The notes below the pieces were generated by a model, which saw only the letters and a list, made by a program, of their open reading frames with translations, was not told where the DNA came from and did no database searches. From Monocercomonoides exilis PA203 (Eukaryota; Protista; Preaxostyla), in the NCBI GenBank assembly GCA_001643675.2, contig LSRY02000010.1:1488001-1552000 (forward strand): DNA of 64,000 bases, given 5' to 3'. This document shows positions 48,317 to 60,535 of the stretch, piece by piece; the stretch's first letter is position 1; each line of letters starts with the position of its first letter. Made by a program: the position numbers and the translations under genes.

Positions 48317-51300
48317 TTGTTTTCTTCGTCTTTTTCACAGTTCTGGAAGTGGAGAAGAAATCAGAAGAAGGCTGGATGCGACAAGCAACCAGTATACTCT
48401 TCATCTTCATCTTCATCATCAGCGCCTGCGATTGACCCTTCGGATGACTCAAAGGCGGAGGCGTCATTTATCACTTCAACAACAACGATGGATAACATCG
48501 AAAGTCGGCTGCGGATTGTTGAATCAGAAGAATGTGAGGTGTGTGCAAATCAAAAGAAGTTGTTGCCATGTGCGCTGCAGACACCGCGGGGATATATTGT
48601 GGTGTGACGCAGCTGGCTCTGCTGAATGGGGGTGTTGTGTGTGCGTACGATGTGGCGCTTTCGGAGATCCTTTCCGTTCCGCTGGTGGGTCAACTTCTAT
48701 AACCTACAGCATTTTCGTGAACGAAGTTGTTAGGCAAGTGCATCTTTAAGGAGGCAGACATGAATGAATTATTGTCTATCAACAATCAATTTTAATCTTT
48801 CACCGCAGATAGGCAATCTCAGTTGTCGAGGCATGTGGTAGTTAAGCTGGACGAGGAAGTGATGGGGAAAGGGGTTGAAGTGTGTGAAGAGCGGAGGGGC
48901 TGAAGAACAAGGAGGAAGACCTGGAGAGGACTAAGGCGAATGCGGAGCAGACGCTTTGCAAGACGGGCAGGAAGTTCGAGGTGCAGGTGGCAGAGCTGGC
49001 TGGGGAGAAGGAGGTGCTGAGGCGGAAGATCTGGGAGCTGAAGGAGCTGCACGAGGAGGCGAAGCAGGAGATGGAGAAGCGGTATTCAGAATTCAATATG
49101 CAGCTGCAGAAGATCCGATACGGCGAGCGGATCTCGAAGCGGACGAGCGTGATGGAGGAGCAGCTGCAGGAGAAGGACAAGATCATCTGGATGAATCAGA
49201 GGAAGATTCTGCAGCTGAGCGAGAAGCACAACACAGAGGTGAAGCAGGTGAAGGAGAAGAAGTGCTGGGCTCAGCAAGGAGGAGTGGTGAGTGTGGATGG
49301 AAAGCGGTAACTGGCTGGTCTGGGATTACAATTGCCATATCTTCTTCATTAATTAGTGCGTATAATGGGGTGGTTCCATCTTTGACTTCGTGATTCTTCC
49401 GTTGGGGCTGTGTAAAAAGTGCAAGGAGAAGTTCACAATGATCATCCAGGATGATGGTTCTCTGATGCTTGGGCAGTATGTCAAAGGCGATAAGATTGCT
49501 GTGAAAATGTGGAGCAGGATGAATGTTGTGGGAAAAGCAAACAGTGGAGGAGGAGGAGATGGCAGATGAATGGAACGAAACTGTGCCACAGAAGATGAAC
49601 AAGATGGAGAAGGAAACGAAAATGCTGATGGAGCTGCTGAAAGTGCAGGAGCAGACGATAAGTGTGCAGAAGGCGCTGTCGAAGGAGGTGATTGAGAATC
49701 AGAAGACTACGCTTGCGTAATAGAAGCAGGAGCAGAAAGAAATGAAGGAGTCGTATGAAGAGACAGTGCCGCGCCTGGTTGGGGAGGTGAATGAGCTGGA
49801 GGAGCAGTTTGGGCTTGGGAACTTTGGAGGTGGCAATAAATGCGGGGCAGTGGAGAAAGATGAAAAGAAGAATGATGTGGCGAGGAGGAGGAAGAACAAA
49901 AGTTGAGTCGGAAAATACGATGAAGCTGAGGAAGGTGAAAAGGGAGAAGAAATAGATGAGAGTGCGCCGCATGGGTTTCCTCTATCGCAGTGTGAAGATC
50001 TAACGAAAGAGTGAAAGGACTGGATGCTAGCTGTTGTTCCAAATTGTGAAGAAAAAGGAGTGGGGAAGGCGATAATTGTGCAGCGGCTGTACATGCTTCT
50101 TGAGCAGACGACAGACAACAGAGACCGAGAAGAGTCGGAGCGATCTGCTGCGCTTTTTGGTGGATCTGGGGCAGGGTTGTCTGTGGCAGGCGGGGAGCCT
50201 TTGCCAAATGGGAAGACAGAGATGAAGCGGCTGATGAGCACGGTGACATGTGTGCTGGGGCAAGTGGCGTACGAAATGGTTTATGTACTTCGGATGTCGC
50301 ACATATATTAGTCGTCTATTCCGATTCAGCTGAGTCAGCAGTAGCTAAAGACAGGACTGCGATAGAAGCTGGCGTGGACGCTGTCAATGATCCAGGGAAT
50401 ATGTGGAGAAGATATTAGCAGATTTGAGCGATGGCAGCGTTGGGTAGGAGGATGGGGTACTTCCAAGTCAGTTGTTTTGGGGATTTTTTGTGTATGCGGC
50501 TGGGGGAGAAGCACGCGGTGCAGAAGAAGAGCGAGGCGGCTCGATGGGCGATGGTGTGTGAAGTGGAGCTGTTCCGGAAGGACTTTGCGAAGATGCGGCT
50601 GTTTGGAAGAATGTGCCGGAGGAGTTTCCTGGATGCGAGCTGTATGACTTCCTGTACTGCAACACGGTGCTGTTTGAAGGTGACCAGCAGCAGTTGCCGA
50701 TGAAAGAGAAAGAGGACTTCTTGACTATGTCGTTACGGATGTGTCGGATGTGTATCAACATTGTGCTTGAAGGGGAATTGGGGAAGAAGATAAAGTTGTT
50801 TCTTGGGGAGTTGGAAGAGATTAAGTCGGAGAAGGGGGAGGCAGAAGCGTATGTGTTTCTTGGATTGCAGCTGAACATCTGAGGAAGAAGCTGCGAGGTT
50901 GAAAGAGGCGATGAATGCGCAGTCAGATGCGATATGCAGTGAAGATCCACTGATTTCATCATCTTCAGCAACATCATCGTCAATTGGTGTGGCTTGTTGA
51001 GGCAATGCGAACGATGATGTGGAGTCTATTCTGCATGTGCAATCCACAGACGCTATTAGCGCTGTCCCTGAGGATCTTCTAAGACGCGTGTTGGCTGTTT
51101 TGATGCTGTCTGCCATATTAAGTGTTGGTACTGTGGGCATATGAGGACAACGACTTTATCAAGCTGTGCCAATGCAAGCAGGATATGTATGATGCTGCTT
51201 GCAGACAAAAGCTTCAATGACAGTTTGAGAACATTGCTGTTGAAAAGACTGTGAGCTGTCACTTTGCACTGCGGAAGCAAACACCTGACGAATAGGTGCA

Positions 51301-51600
51301 GGCGCTTTCGTTGGTGTCGACTGGGATGTGGGAAAGGGTTGTGCCGAGGAAAAGAACGGAGAGTCTGCAGACTGCGATGTGGAAGAAAGAAGGGCAGCGG
51401 GCGCTGTTGTGGATGGTGAAGCTGGATGTGGAGTTGGTGGGACTGCAAATTGGAAGAAAGAGGTGGAAGTGGAGATCTTCTTTAAGCTGCCACTGTGGGA
51501 CTGGCAGCGAGTTGTTATGTCTCACGACACAATGACATGGCACTGGAAGGGAGAAGGAGCCAATGCCTTTTCATGCTTCATTATTATCTTCTTCTTCAAC
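48317..51600 (+). pseudogene. Decayed paralogue of the 26324-29967 gene family (Ser-rich, Cys finger, coiled coil, Cys-rich C-terminus)
   Basis: SSSSSAPAID...MDNIESRLRIVESEE...ANQK and AGSAEWGCCVCVRCGAF match the cargo gene N-terminus. Coiled coil 48981-49310; CWYCG/LCQCK near 51120-51180. Confidence 0.6.
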
Positions 51601-53399
51601 ACAGCACAAACAGATTTCGAGTGAGATGGTGATGGAGATCAATAACATGTTGCTGTCCTTTGAGGCTGCATTTGGCTTGATCGATCCTCAGATTTCTCCG
51701 ACCATATTTTCATCGGCATTATCATAATCATCAAATAAGTCTTTTTTTTTATTTTTTCATTTTCTTTCATCTCTTTAATTCAAATTATCTCTATTTTTTT
51801 TTGCAATGCACTTTCTTTTTCTTCGATACTTGCTTCCGCTCTGTCCATTAACCTGTTTCATCTGCCATTTTTTGTTTATTATTGCATTCGTTTTCTTTTA
51901 ATGTACTTGTCGAGCGAAACAAACATTTTATTAATCTTTGAATGCGTTCTATTCTTTTAACAGATTTCAAATAAAATGTGAGAAATATAGAAGAAGAAGA
52001 AGCTCTTGACGAAGAAGCAGCAAACGTCGCAGATGAAGGGATAGACAAAAAAACGGATTTTGCATAAGAAGCCTGATAATGTGCTTAAAGCGTGTTTGAC
52101 GAGAGTCTGAAAATCGTCTTGTATATTTTCCCTCAGGTTGTTCACTCTGTTAAGTGAGCTTATGAAAGGTTATCGATATATTCGTCTTCTCTTTTATTTA
52201 TATTCTGCAATTTTTTTGTGAGGTCTTCTTTATATGTTAGATGTTTAGATGGTTTATCTTCAATGACTTCACAAGAGTAAGTTAACAAAATCACGTTAAG
52301 TGAGATTGAATGACATTTTCTTCAGTGACCACACTGAACACAGCTGATGTTGTGTGCATTGCAGCTTGCAAGAGGGCTTTTCCAGCTTTTGTTAAAGCTT
52401 GAGACTATGCTCAAGCAAGTTATCATTTTTTCATTCTTCATCTTCCACTCCATCCATGTCATCGCCTCTATCCTCCTCGCCAACTTCGCACACCTCTTTT
52501 TATTGTTCCACTTTCGAAAATTGTGCGCATGTCTCCTTCTGTAATAATTGAGGAGCTTGTAGTGCAGGGTAGCCAGCAGTAGTTGGAGTGAGAACGACAA
52601 GCCCGATGCAGTGCCTGTAAGTGAATTGCTTGCGGTTGATATGTGGAGTGCATGAGATATAAAAGCATGCTGAGCAGCCAATTCAACATCACTCGCTCCA
52701 TCGCTTTCTGCTTCTAGATTGTTTCGACTTTATGCTTCAGATTGGTAGATGCACATAAAAATGCTCCCAATAAAGACTGAATGCGAGCTGGTTGTAGAGA
52801 AATTCGAGGATTATTTTCTCTTCACTAACTTCTGTCATTTCCATATGGTGCGTGACATCTTTTAATTATGTCTTTGTGCCTGGATTTTGCTTCAGCTTCT
52901 GTACAATTTCATCTTCTGTATTCATTTTTTCTTTTTCTTCTTCATTCTCATCTTTTCCAGTTTGAATGATGCACGCTCCAAAAAAGATAAAGTTGTTGGC
53001 AGGATGTCGTTTTCTTTGTTCGACATTGATGATGTGAAAGAAGAACTGAAAGAGTTGATGGAGAAGAGAGAGAGAGAGAGAGAAGATGAAGGGAAAAGAA
53101 AATGGCAGATTCTGGATGGAATCGATGCATTTGAGGTTTTTGAGACTGATTTGCGAGAGTGGGAATTGGATCTGACTGAATTATCTGGTGACGATGAATA
53201 TAATAGTTGTCCGCGTGATACAGAGTGCTTTCCAAAAATGAACAATTCTACCAAATTGAATCTTCAAAATATCTTTTCTTTCCTTCTCATCTTTTGATGA
53301 CTCATATTCATACCAACGGTTTGAAGCTACTCTTCTGAAAACTTCGCTCAGAGTTAATTCTTCTTCATCTTCTTTTTCTAATTTCTGTTTTTCCACTTA

Positions 53400-55210
53400 A
53401 CATTTTGGAATCTTGTATGAATCAATCCCCAGGATGTATTCAGTCGAACAACTTTCAGCCAAATAATACTCTGATGATTCTGAATGTCCCAAGCTTTCTC
53501 ATATATTCTCTCTTTATCCTCTTTCATTCTTTTTTTCTCCCTCCCTCTCTGCTCTCCTCCACTTCTCTTCTGAAGAAGGCTCCATCGTCACTATCTCAAA
53601 CACATTCGGATCCTTTTTGATGTTATCATCAACGATCTCCTTGTATTTTTTTGCTTCATTCTTTGCCTTTCTCCATCGAACAACAATTAAAGATAGCAAC
53701 ATTATGAAGACCGAACAAGCAATCACAATTAACAATCAATAAGATTTTCCTTCTTTTCCTCCTTGTACAAGTTTCCCATCTCCATTTGTTTTCACCTCTC
53801 TTGTGTTCTTCAGAATGAAAGGCTCTGTTGCCGAGGGAGCATCAGCATTTCTAAAGAGCAGACACGCATACGCCTTTGCCTCTGCTAACGCCTCTCGAAG
53901 AATGCTCTCTCGCATTATCTCAAAGGACTCTTTTTCCTAGACAATCCCTTTCGCATCGAACTCCAACAGATTCAGCAAAACCTCTGTTTCGATGGTTGTT
54001 CACAGCCGGAATGACAAATTGCAGGATAAAAAACTCCCCCTTGAATGTGATTGAAAACTCGCTCTTTGTTTCATTTTTCACCTCTTAGGCAGAATGGAGT
54101 GTTGGGATAAAGAAGAGAGATTGCCTCTGGTGGGGGATGCAGGCAAGCGTGTATTTGCTGTCCAGCATCCACAGGGAGGTGTTGTCTTTCGCGCCATCTC
54201 CCCCTTTCAAGCTCGCCAGCGTCAGCGACGCCCCATCGGAGCAGGCGATGTTCCTGCGGGCTGACGGATAGCTGCTGACCGAAAGGCTGCTACGGGTGGG
54301 GGGGGGATAGTTGCCCACAAACTTTGCATCGTCGATGCGGACAGCACCTCCAGAGACAGACAACGCTCATCTGATGCGTTTGCCACGGTGAGATCGCTGA
54401 TAGCTGCTATTGTGTTGTACAAATGAAAGAGGAGATGCTGTCTCAGCTGTCTCCGTTTGTATTGCAGAGCATTCTATGTGAGCACTCTCAATAAATCACA
54501 CGATAAGCGAGAGTTATGGCGCATTCCTTACACTCACATAACTTCCTTGGAGTATCTGTTCTTTTGATTCGCTGACAGAGGATGGATCACGTTGCATGTA
54601 GTTGCAATTGTTCGGGGAAATATACTCAGATGGAGAAGACACAAAAAGTACAGACGAGCCGAAGGATGCGCTGGCACCTATGTTTGTTCAGTTAGGAAAG
54701 ATGAACCGGAAAAGGCAAAATATTCTTCGGCTGTGAAGGGGAGGCAGAGGATTCCTCCCTGCGAAAACACCAGACGCTCTATTCCTACGCTGTGCTCCAA
54801 GGAGCTCCCGAACCTGCGAAACTCGAAGGCGCTAACTTTCATCTGGAGGCGCTGGAAGTTTATTTCTGCGAAGGAGATGCTGTCGACGCGGAGAGAAGGA
54901 AACGCGGGAGAGCGAACGCGAGGTGTTTGACGTAGATGTTATCGACAATCAGGTGGCCATTCTCGATGGCTAGCAAAGAGTAGTTGAGGAATGCTGGATG
55001 TTCAGCTTGCTCTGTGGTTGACAAAATGGTAGAGGAAGCAAAATGAACAAAGAAGAGAAAAAGGTGGCCATCAGTGTGGCACACAACTGCGCTGCCTGTG
55101 TGCGAAAAGTACTTGTTGAAGAGGAAGTCGAGACACTCAATCCGGACGTTTGCAGAGGTTGCAAGGATGGCAGGGCAGCGCTGAATAAAGGCTTCATTTG
55201 CATTATTGGG
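53400..55210 (-). pseudogene. Decayed juxtamembrane portion of the large surface-protein family
   Basis: YPSARRNIACSDGASLTLASLKGGDGAKDNTSLWML, TM LIVIACSVFIMLLSLIVVRWRK and KDPNVFEIVTME match residues around the TM of 10344-18662; frameshifted. Confidence 0.8.
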
Positions 55211-55792
55211 AATATTGCAACAAAACAGTTAATTTAAAATAAATCCAAAATTTTATTAACATAAAAGAACAAACAAATCACAAACCATCAATTTTGTTAA
55301 TAATTTTGTTTATTTGGACTTGAATAAGTTGTATTAGCTTCTATGAAACATTGATGTTCATTATGAGCAATGAAAAATTCCCATTTTAAACAATACAAGA
55401 ATTCTTATTATCGATAAAACATTTTCAAAAAATAATCGAAATATACTATGAAAATTTCATGAATCAACAATTGCAAAACAGTTTAATCAAGAAAAACCCT
55501 TTTTCATTGAATGACAAAAATATTAATTTTGATCAAAATAAAGGATATATTATTTTTTGTTTCAAATTGTTTTTTTTCACAAAGAAGTTTGCAATGAACC
55601 AACAAACACTATGGAAAAAGTCACCTTTTTTCATTTGAATTATGGAAACGGAATGATAATAGAATAACTTCCATGGGTCAGATTTTTGATCTGATGTCAC
55701 TTTTCAAAAAAATTATGACATATGATGAAGAAATCGAAATTTTTGAAAAATTTGTTTTCACAAAGTCATTATGGTTATTCACCAATTTATCC

Positions 55793-55894
55793 ATTAAAGT
55801 ACAAAGTACCTTAATTCTAGAGAAAAACCGTTATCTACAACACCTCTTTATTAAGGGAGTGAGCTCTGCATTATGGGCTCAGCCGATCACAAAA
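55793..55894 (+). repeat. DIRS-B left extension + left ITR
   Basis: 55793-55861 is perfectly complementary to 59957-60025. Confidence 0.95.
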
Positions 55895-55902
55895 TTCGAA
55901 AG

Positions 55903-56709
55903 ATGACAACTTTGTTGGAAGGACCTGCGTCGGGACTGAGCGGGATATTCCCGCAAAGCGGACCTACAGGCGGTATGGGAATGGCGCCTCCCATCTCCAT
56001 TCCAACTACAGATGCCCCAGGATCCCAATTCCCAGCCATGTCAGCTATGTCCTCAACAACCTCGACAACCTCAACATCAACTAGTTCAGTTGGCTTGCCT
56101 CATTCCCCAACACAACCTCTATTAGAGGCAGCTAAATTATACTTTGGAGAAAACTTGCAGAGTACAATATTTGCTTATCGTGTCGATCAAGGAGATCTAC
56201 TCCAGACATTACGAGATTACGAATCCTTCTCGGTCCCCCCGTTCCTGCCTGCTACGACCCATCCACATTCGCGATCGCAAAGTTGGTTTTCCGATGCTTT
56301 AGACGAAGGAGCGTATAATGTGGAATCTTTATTAATGCCCGCTTTGAAAGCGATGTTAATGGCAACACGAGGGACAACAGAAGAAGCACAACAACACCAG
56401 GAAGATGCAATGATGCTTTCAGTCGCAGCTCTCCAAGCGGCTCGCCAAATGCGCATCCAAGCCAGATTCGGTTTCAAGGCCGCCAAAACACTTCAAGACG
56501 AAAAGGATGATCCGTTATTGACCACAGAGCAGCTGGAGAGGATAAAGCCAATTTTGCAGGCCAGAACAGAGCGGAGACATGAAAGCTCTGCTTCACACTT
56601 GTCACAAAGAACAAGGAGAATTGGTTCATGGAAATCAAGATCTACAAGCTCGGGAACTGGAAGATCAACACGTGCAGCATCAAGAAGCAATTTTTTTCGG
56701 AGAAAGTAG
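55903..56709 (+). CDS. DIRS-B ORF1 (gag-like)
   Basis: Open ORF at the ORF1 position, homologous to copy A ORF1, with an Arg/Ser-rich basic C-terminus. Start 55903 chosen by analogy to copy A; the ATG at 55873 lies inside the ITR. Confidence 0.8.
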   Translation: MTTLLEGPASGLSGIFPQSGPTGGMGMAPPISIPTTDAPGSQFPAMSAMSSTTSTTSTSTSSVGLPHSPTQPLLEAAKLYFGENLQSTIFAYRVDQGDLLQTLRDYESFSVPPFLPATTHPHSRSQSWFSDALDEGAYNVESLLMPALKAMLMATRGTTEEAQQHQEDAMMLSVAALQAARQMRIQARFGFKAAKTLQDEKDDPLLTTEQLERIKPILQARTERRHESSASHLSQRTRRIGSWKSRSTSSGTGRSTRAASRSNFFRRK

Positions 56710-59700
56710 GGGGCCGCACCCAAGCCTTTGCCGAGGAATAGAAGAAGATCGGAGTGACCAATTGGATAAAAGACGGGATAAGACCGATTTGGAAGGGGAG
56801 AGCGGCAAGGGACAGGTTGAAACAGGAAAAGACGAAAGGCAGAGGCTTTCTGGGTGGCACAGAGGAGAAAGAGGCTTGTTCAGAATGGATTCAAGAAGGA
56901 CTCAGGACAGATATCTTAACACAGTTACAAGAAGGAGAGGTCTGTTGCTTGAACAACATATTTTTTATAAAGAAAAAGACAGGGAAGTTCCGTCAAATCC
57001 TCGATTGCCGTGCACTCAATTCCGCACTGAAAGATATTCATTTCAAAATGGAAGACCATCGCACTGTGGAGAGACTGATCCAAAAGGGAGATTTCGCAAC
57101 CTCACTAGATCTATCTCAGACTTATTTCCTAATCCCAGTTCACAAGGACTTCACCCCATTCCTAGCCTTCAAGTTCGAAGAGAGATTCTACGGGTTCAAA
57201 GGCATGCCCTTCGGATTCAAAGACGCACAGAGAATTTTCACGAAAGTTATAAGAAAAGTTTCGCAAGAAATCCGAAGAAGATGGAAGGTGAGGTGCATTT
57301 CCTACTTGGACGATGTCCTTTTACTGGACCCAGATCAAGTCAAGCTGAAGTTTGTAACACAAGAAATTGTCGAGTGGTTTCAACAGTTGGGCTTAATCAT
57401 CAACAGGGAGAAGAGCGAGTTCTTCCCCAAAAAGAACTTCAACTATCTCGGATGGACGTGGAATACGAGCCGGATGGTTGTCTCAATGGAACAACAGAGA
57501 CGCAGGGAACTGAGGAAAGAGTGTATCAAATGGATGAAGAGGGTGAGGAAGAGCAGCTTTGCAAAAACGAGAGACTTCGCTTCATTCATAGGTCAGCTCA
57601 GCGCCGCACGGTTCGTGTACAAAGACGTTTCTTTATACATGAACAAAATGTACCATTTACTGAACAAGCAGGTCAAGAAAGATAATTGGGAAGGAGCGGT
57701 TTTCTTGAACAGCAGCATAAAAAGACAATTGGACTTCTGGATTCAAAGGCTCAAGGAGAATTACATCAGAGAACTGGTGGACTTCTCGAAGCCCGACGCC
57801 ATATTAACGACAGATGCTTCCCCTTGGGCTTGCGGAGCAACCTTGGCAGTTGGAGGAGAGAGATTTCACTTTCACAAACAGTTCAGCAACATCACAAGGC
57901 TCCAAACATCCAATTTCAAGGAGCTCCTTGCAGTTTTATTGGCTCTCAACAATTTTTCATCACAAATCACTCACAACCATGTGTGCAAGATCCTTCTCCG
58001 TTCCGACAACACCAGTGTAGTGTTCAACATCAACAGGTGGGGTGCGGGACCCAACCTCCTGCCGTTATTGAGAAAGATCAAGGCCACATGTCAGTCGATG
58101 AAATTGACGATGACAGCAATCCACATTCCAGGGGAGAAAAACACAACCGCAGACGCATTGTCCAGGTTGGAGGCCGCAGGAGATTATATGATAAGGAGTC
58201 AACGTCTGAAGGAAGCGGAGAGGGCTCTCGGAGTGATAGCAGAGATAGACGGTTTCGCAAACGAAGGAAACAAGAGGAAGGAGATATGGTATGGTCCAGG
58301 AAGTCCGTTCGCTCAAGATGGTCTCACGGCAGATTGGACAAGGAACACAATGCTCATTCACCCTCCAATTCCGTTGATTCTTCCGAGTCTCAAGAAAGCA
58401 AAAGCAGAGAGAGCGAGAGCAATCATCCTTCTTCCGGCATGGAGGAATCAGATATGGAGCAACTTACTGGAAGAGATGATGTCTCAATATTACGTTTGGA
58501 GGAACTCGAAAGCGGTTTTAATCCCGGGAGCAGGCCTGAGGAGAACGGGTGCAGCACTGCCTCCCGGGGGATACATGGCAGTAACAATCAATTGGTAAGA
58601 GAAGTTGGAGAAGAATGGTGGTGGAAAAGCCTCAGGATCTGCGGAGTCCCTGACAGGATCATTTCCGTTACGAAGGAGAGCATAGCAAAGTCCACATGTA
58701 ATCAATACACCTTTGGCTTTGCACACTTCAGTAGGGAATGGGAAGAGTTGAAACTGGGGCCGTTCCCGAAATATTTCGATGAATGGTCAATGGATTGTGC
58801 AAATTGTCTACTATCCATGAGAGACAAAGGTGGTAAATATTCTTGCCTGTGTGCTACACGGTCAGCGATTTCACTCTTTTCCAAGACGGTATATGGTAAG
58901 GACTTGAGTAAAGTTAGTTTAATAAGCACAATATTCAGATCGTTTTCATTTTCCCAAACCCATCGAAAGCCGTACACAAAGATGTGGAGCCCCGACATCG
59001 TGCTGTCATATTACGAGAACTACTGGCTGAACGAGTATCTTTCTTTTTTTGACCTGACTGTGAAGTGCATTTTGCTGGTTATGCTGTTCACTTCATGTCG
59101 ATTCCATGAGCTTGAGCAGATATCAATGGCTAACTCAATATTCGAAAATGATGCGATTTATCTATCCACAAGACTTAAGACTTCCAGATCCAGGGAATAC
59201 ATTACTGTTCCATGCCTGGAGGAGGTTCACAAACGAATATGTCCTGCAAGAGCTATTCACACCCTTTGGGAGAGAGTCAAAGCAACGTACGAAAATAGAG
59301 ATACGTTCCTTCTTAATACAACGCACCATACACCGTTAACTGCAAAGGGGATAAGAACGCTTGCTTGAATAGGTTTGCGGAAAGCAGGAGTTCCTGATGA
59401 ATACAGACCATACACGATTAAGCACGCATCGATATCCAAGCTTGTATCAAGTGGAATCCAGGAGGTGTGTATCGCCAAGCACGCACGCCTATCAACAACT
59501 GCTCACACTTCGTCCAGATCACACTTCAAAGCAAACCTGGCAAACCGGATGGCCATCGCACTCCTTGCCTCAGAGGAAGATAGCTCCCAACAAGATGAAA
59601 GCACAGTTGTTGAGAAGAGCCGCATTTCAAAACAGATAGAGGGCATTCCCTTCTGTGCCACTCAGCAAACAACAACCATAATGTTTGGTCTTCCTCCGCT

Positions 59701-59983
59701 TCAACCACTTAATCACGCGGATTCAACAGCCGAACCATTTTCGACACAAGCGCCTTCCCCAGATTTTCCATCGCAGCAAACTTTTCCAGCGACACAGCCT
59801 AATCAAGCGATAATACTTCCAACGAGTGTTGAAGAGCCAGAGGACAATAATACTGCAAAGAGGAATGAACCAGAAATTACCAGAGGAGAACCAGAGACAG
59901 ATAGGACTGATATACGCACTGAAATATGTAAATGCAAAGATTTGCCCAACTGTGAACACTCCCTTAATAAAGAGGTGTTGTAG
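56579..59983 (+). pseudogene. DIRS-B ORF3: long N-terminal region overlapping pol + tyrosine recombinase; stops at 57683 and 59366
   Basis: ORFs 56579-57685, 57686-59368 and 59375-59983 share one frame. YR motifs TSCRFHEL, RLKT, ICPAR, YTIKHASIS, HARLS. Confidence 0.88.
56628..58598 (+). pseudogene. DIRS-B pol: RT - RNase H - Dam-like methyltransferase; one nonsense codon at 56739
   Basis: KVGGRTQAFAEE*KKIG (Trp in copy A); LDCRALN, MPFG, YLDD; TTDASPW, SNFKEL, RSDN, HIPGEKNTTADALSR; IDGFAN, HPPIPLI, LPAW. Confidence 0.92.
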
Positions 59984-60058
59984 ATAACGGTTTTTCTCTA
60001 GAATTAAGGTACTTTGTACTTTAATTCGCGGAGAAAAATCTATCTACAACACCTCTTT
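59957..60058. repeat. DIRS-B internal complementary region (ICR)
   Basis: 59957-60025 = reverse complement of 55793-55861; 60025-60058 = reverse complement of 60581-60614. Confidence 0.95.
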
Positions 60059-60535
60059 TACCTCCCAGAGCATAGCTCCTCCCTCCGCTTCACACTTCGT
60101 GTTTTAAATAAATTATGTTCCACCGAACGGATGTGGCCCAATCATTCCCGTTTTTTTTCCCAAGCCAAGACCTTTAAATAATAATTCACAACCTGGAATA
60201 ATGGAAGAGATATTCAAGGAGAAAGAAAGACGATAAAATAAATTGAGTCAAAATAACACAGATATCATTGATAAAATCAACAGAACAAGCCAAAGATAAA
60301 GCCACACCAAAGGAATACCAAGAACGTAAACAGCTAGCCAATACAAAGAGCCTATGCTGATAGCCGTGTGCTATTGCTGATGCCTAAATCGAGCGCCGTT
60401 TACAAAATGCCAAAACTACGTCCCAAGCCGAGCCAAAGACAATTGCCAATCCCTGCAACGCCTCAGTATGCCATTAGGCACAGAATATATTTATTGAAAT
60501 GTTATTTTAACACTTCATCCATTTGAACACATCAC

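Noticed and set aside
56739-59368. RIP-like CpA-to-TpA mutagenesis suggested by the nonsense codons
   Set aside because: Stops start with TA/TG by definition, so this is ascertainment bias; it needs a consensus-based mutation spectrum.
60400-60450. Twister-ribozyme-like words TGCCAA...GTCCCAAGCC in the DIRS-B 3' region
   Set aside because: No downstream GAGG/GGG to form the pseudoknot, no convincing P1/P2/P4, and absent from copy A.
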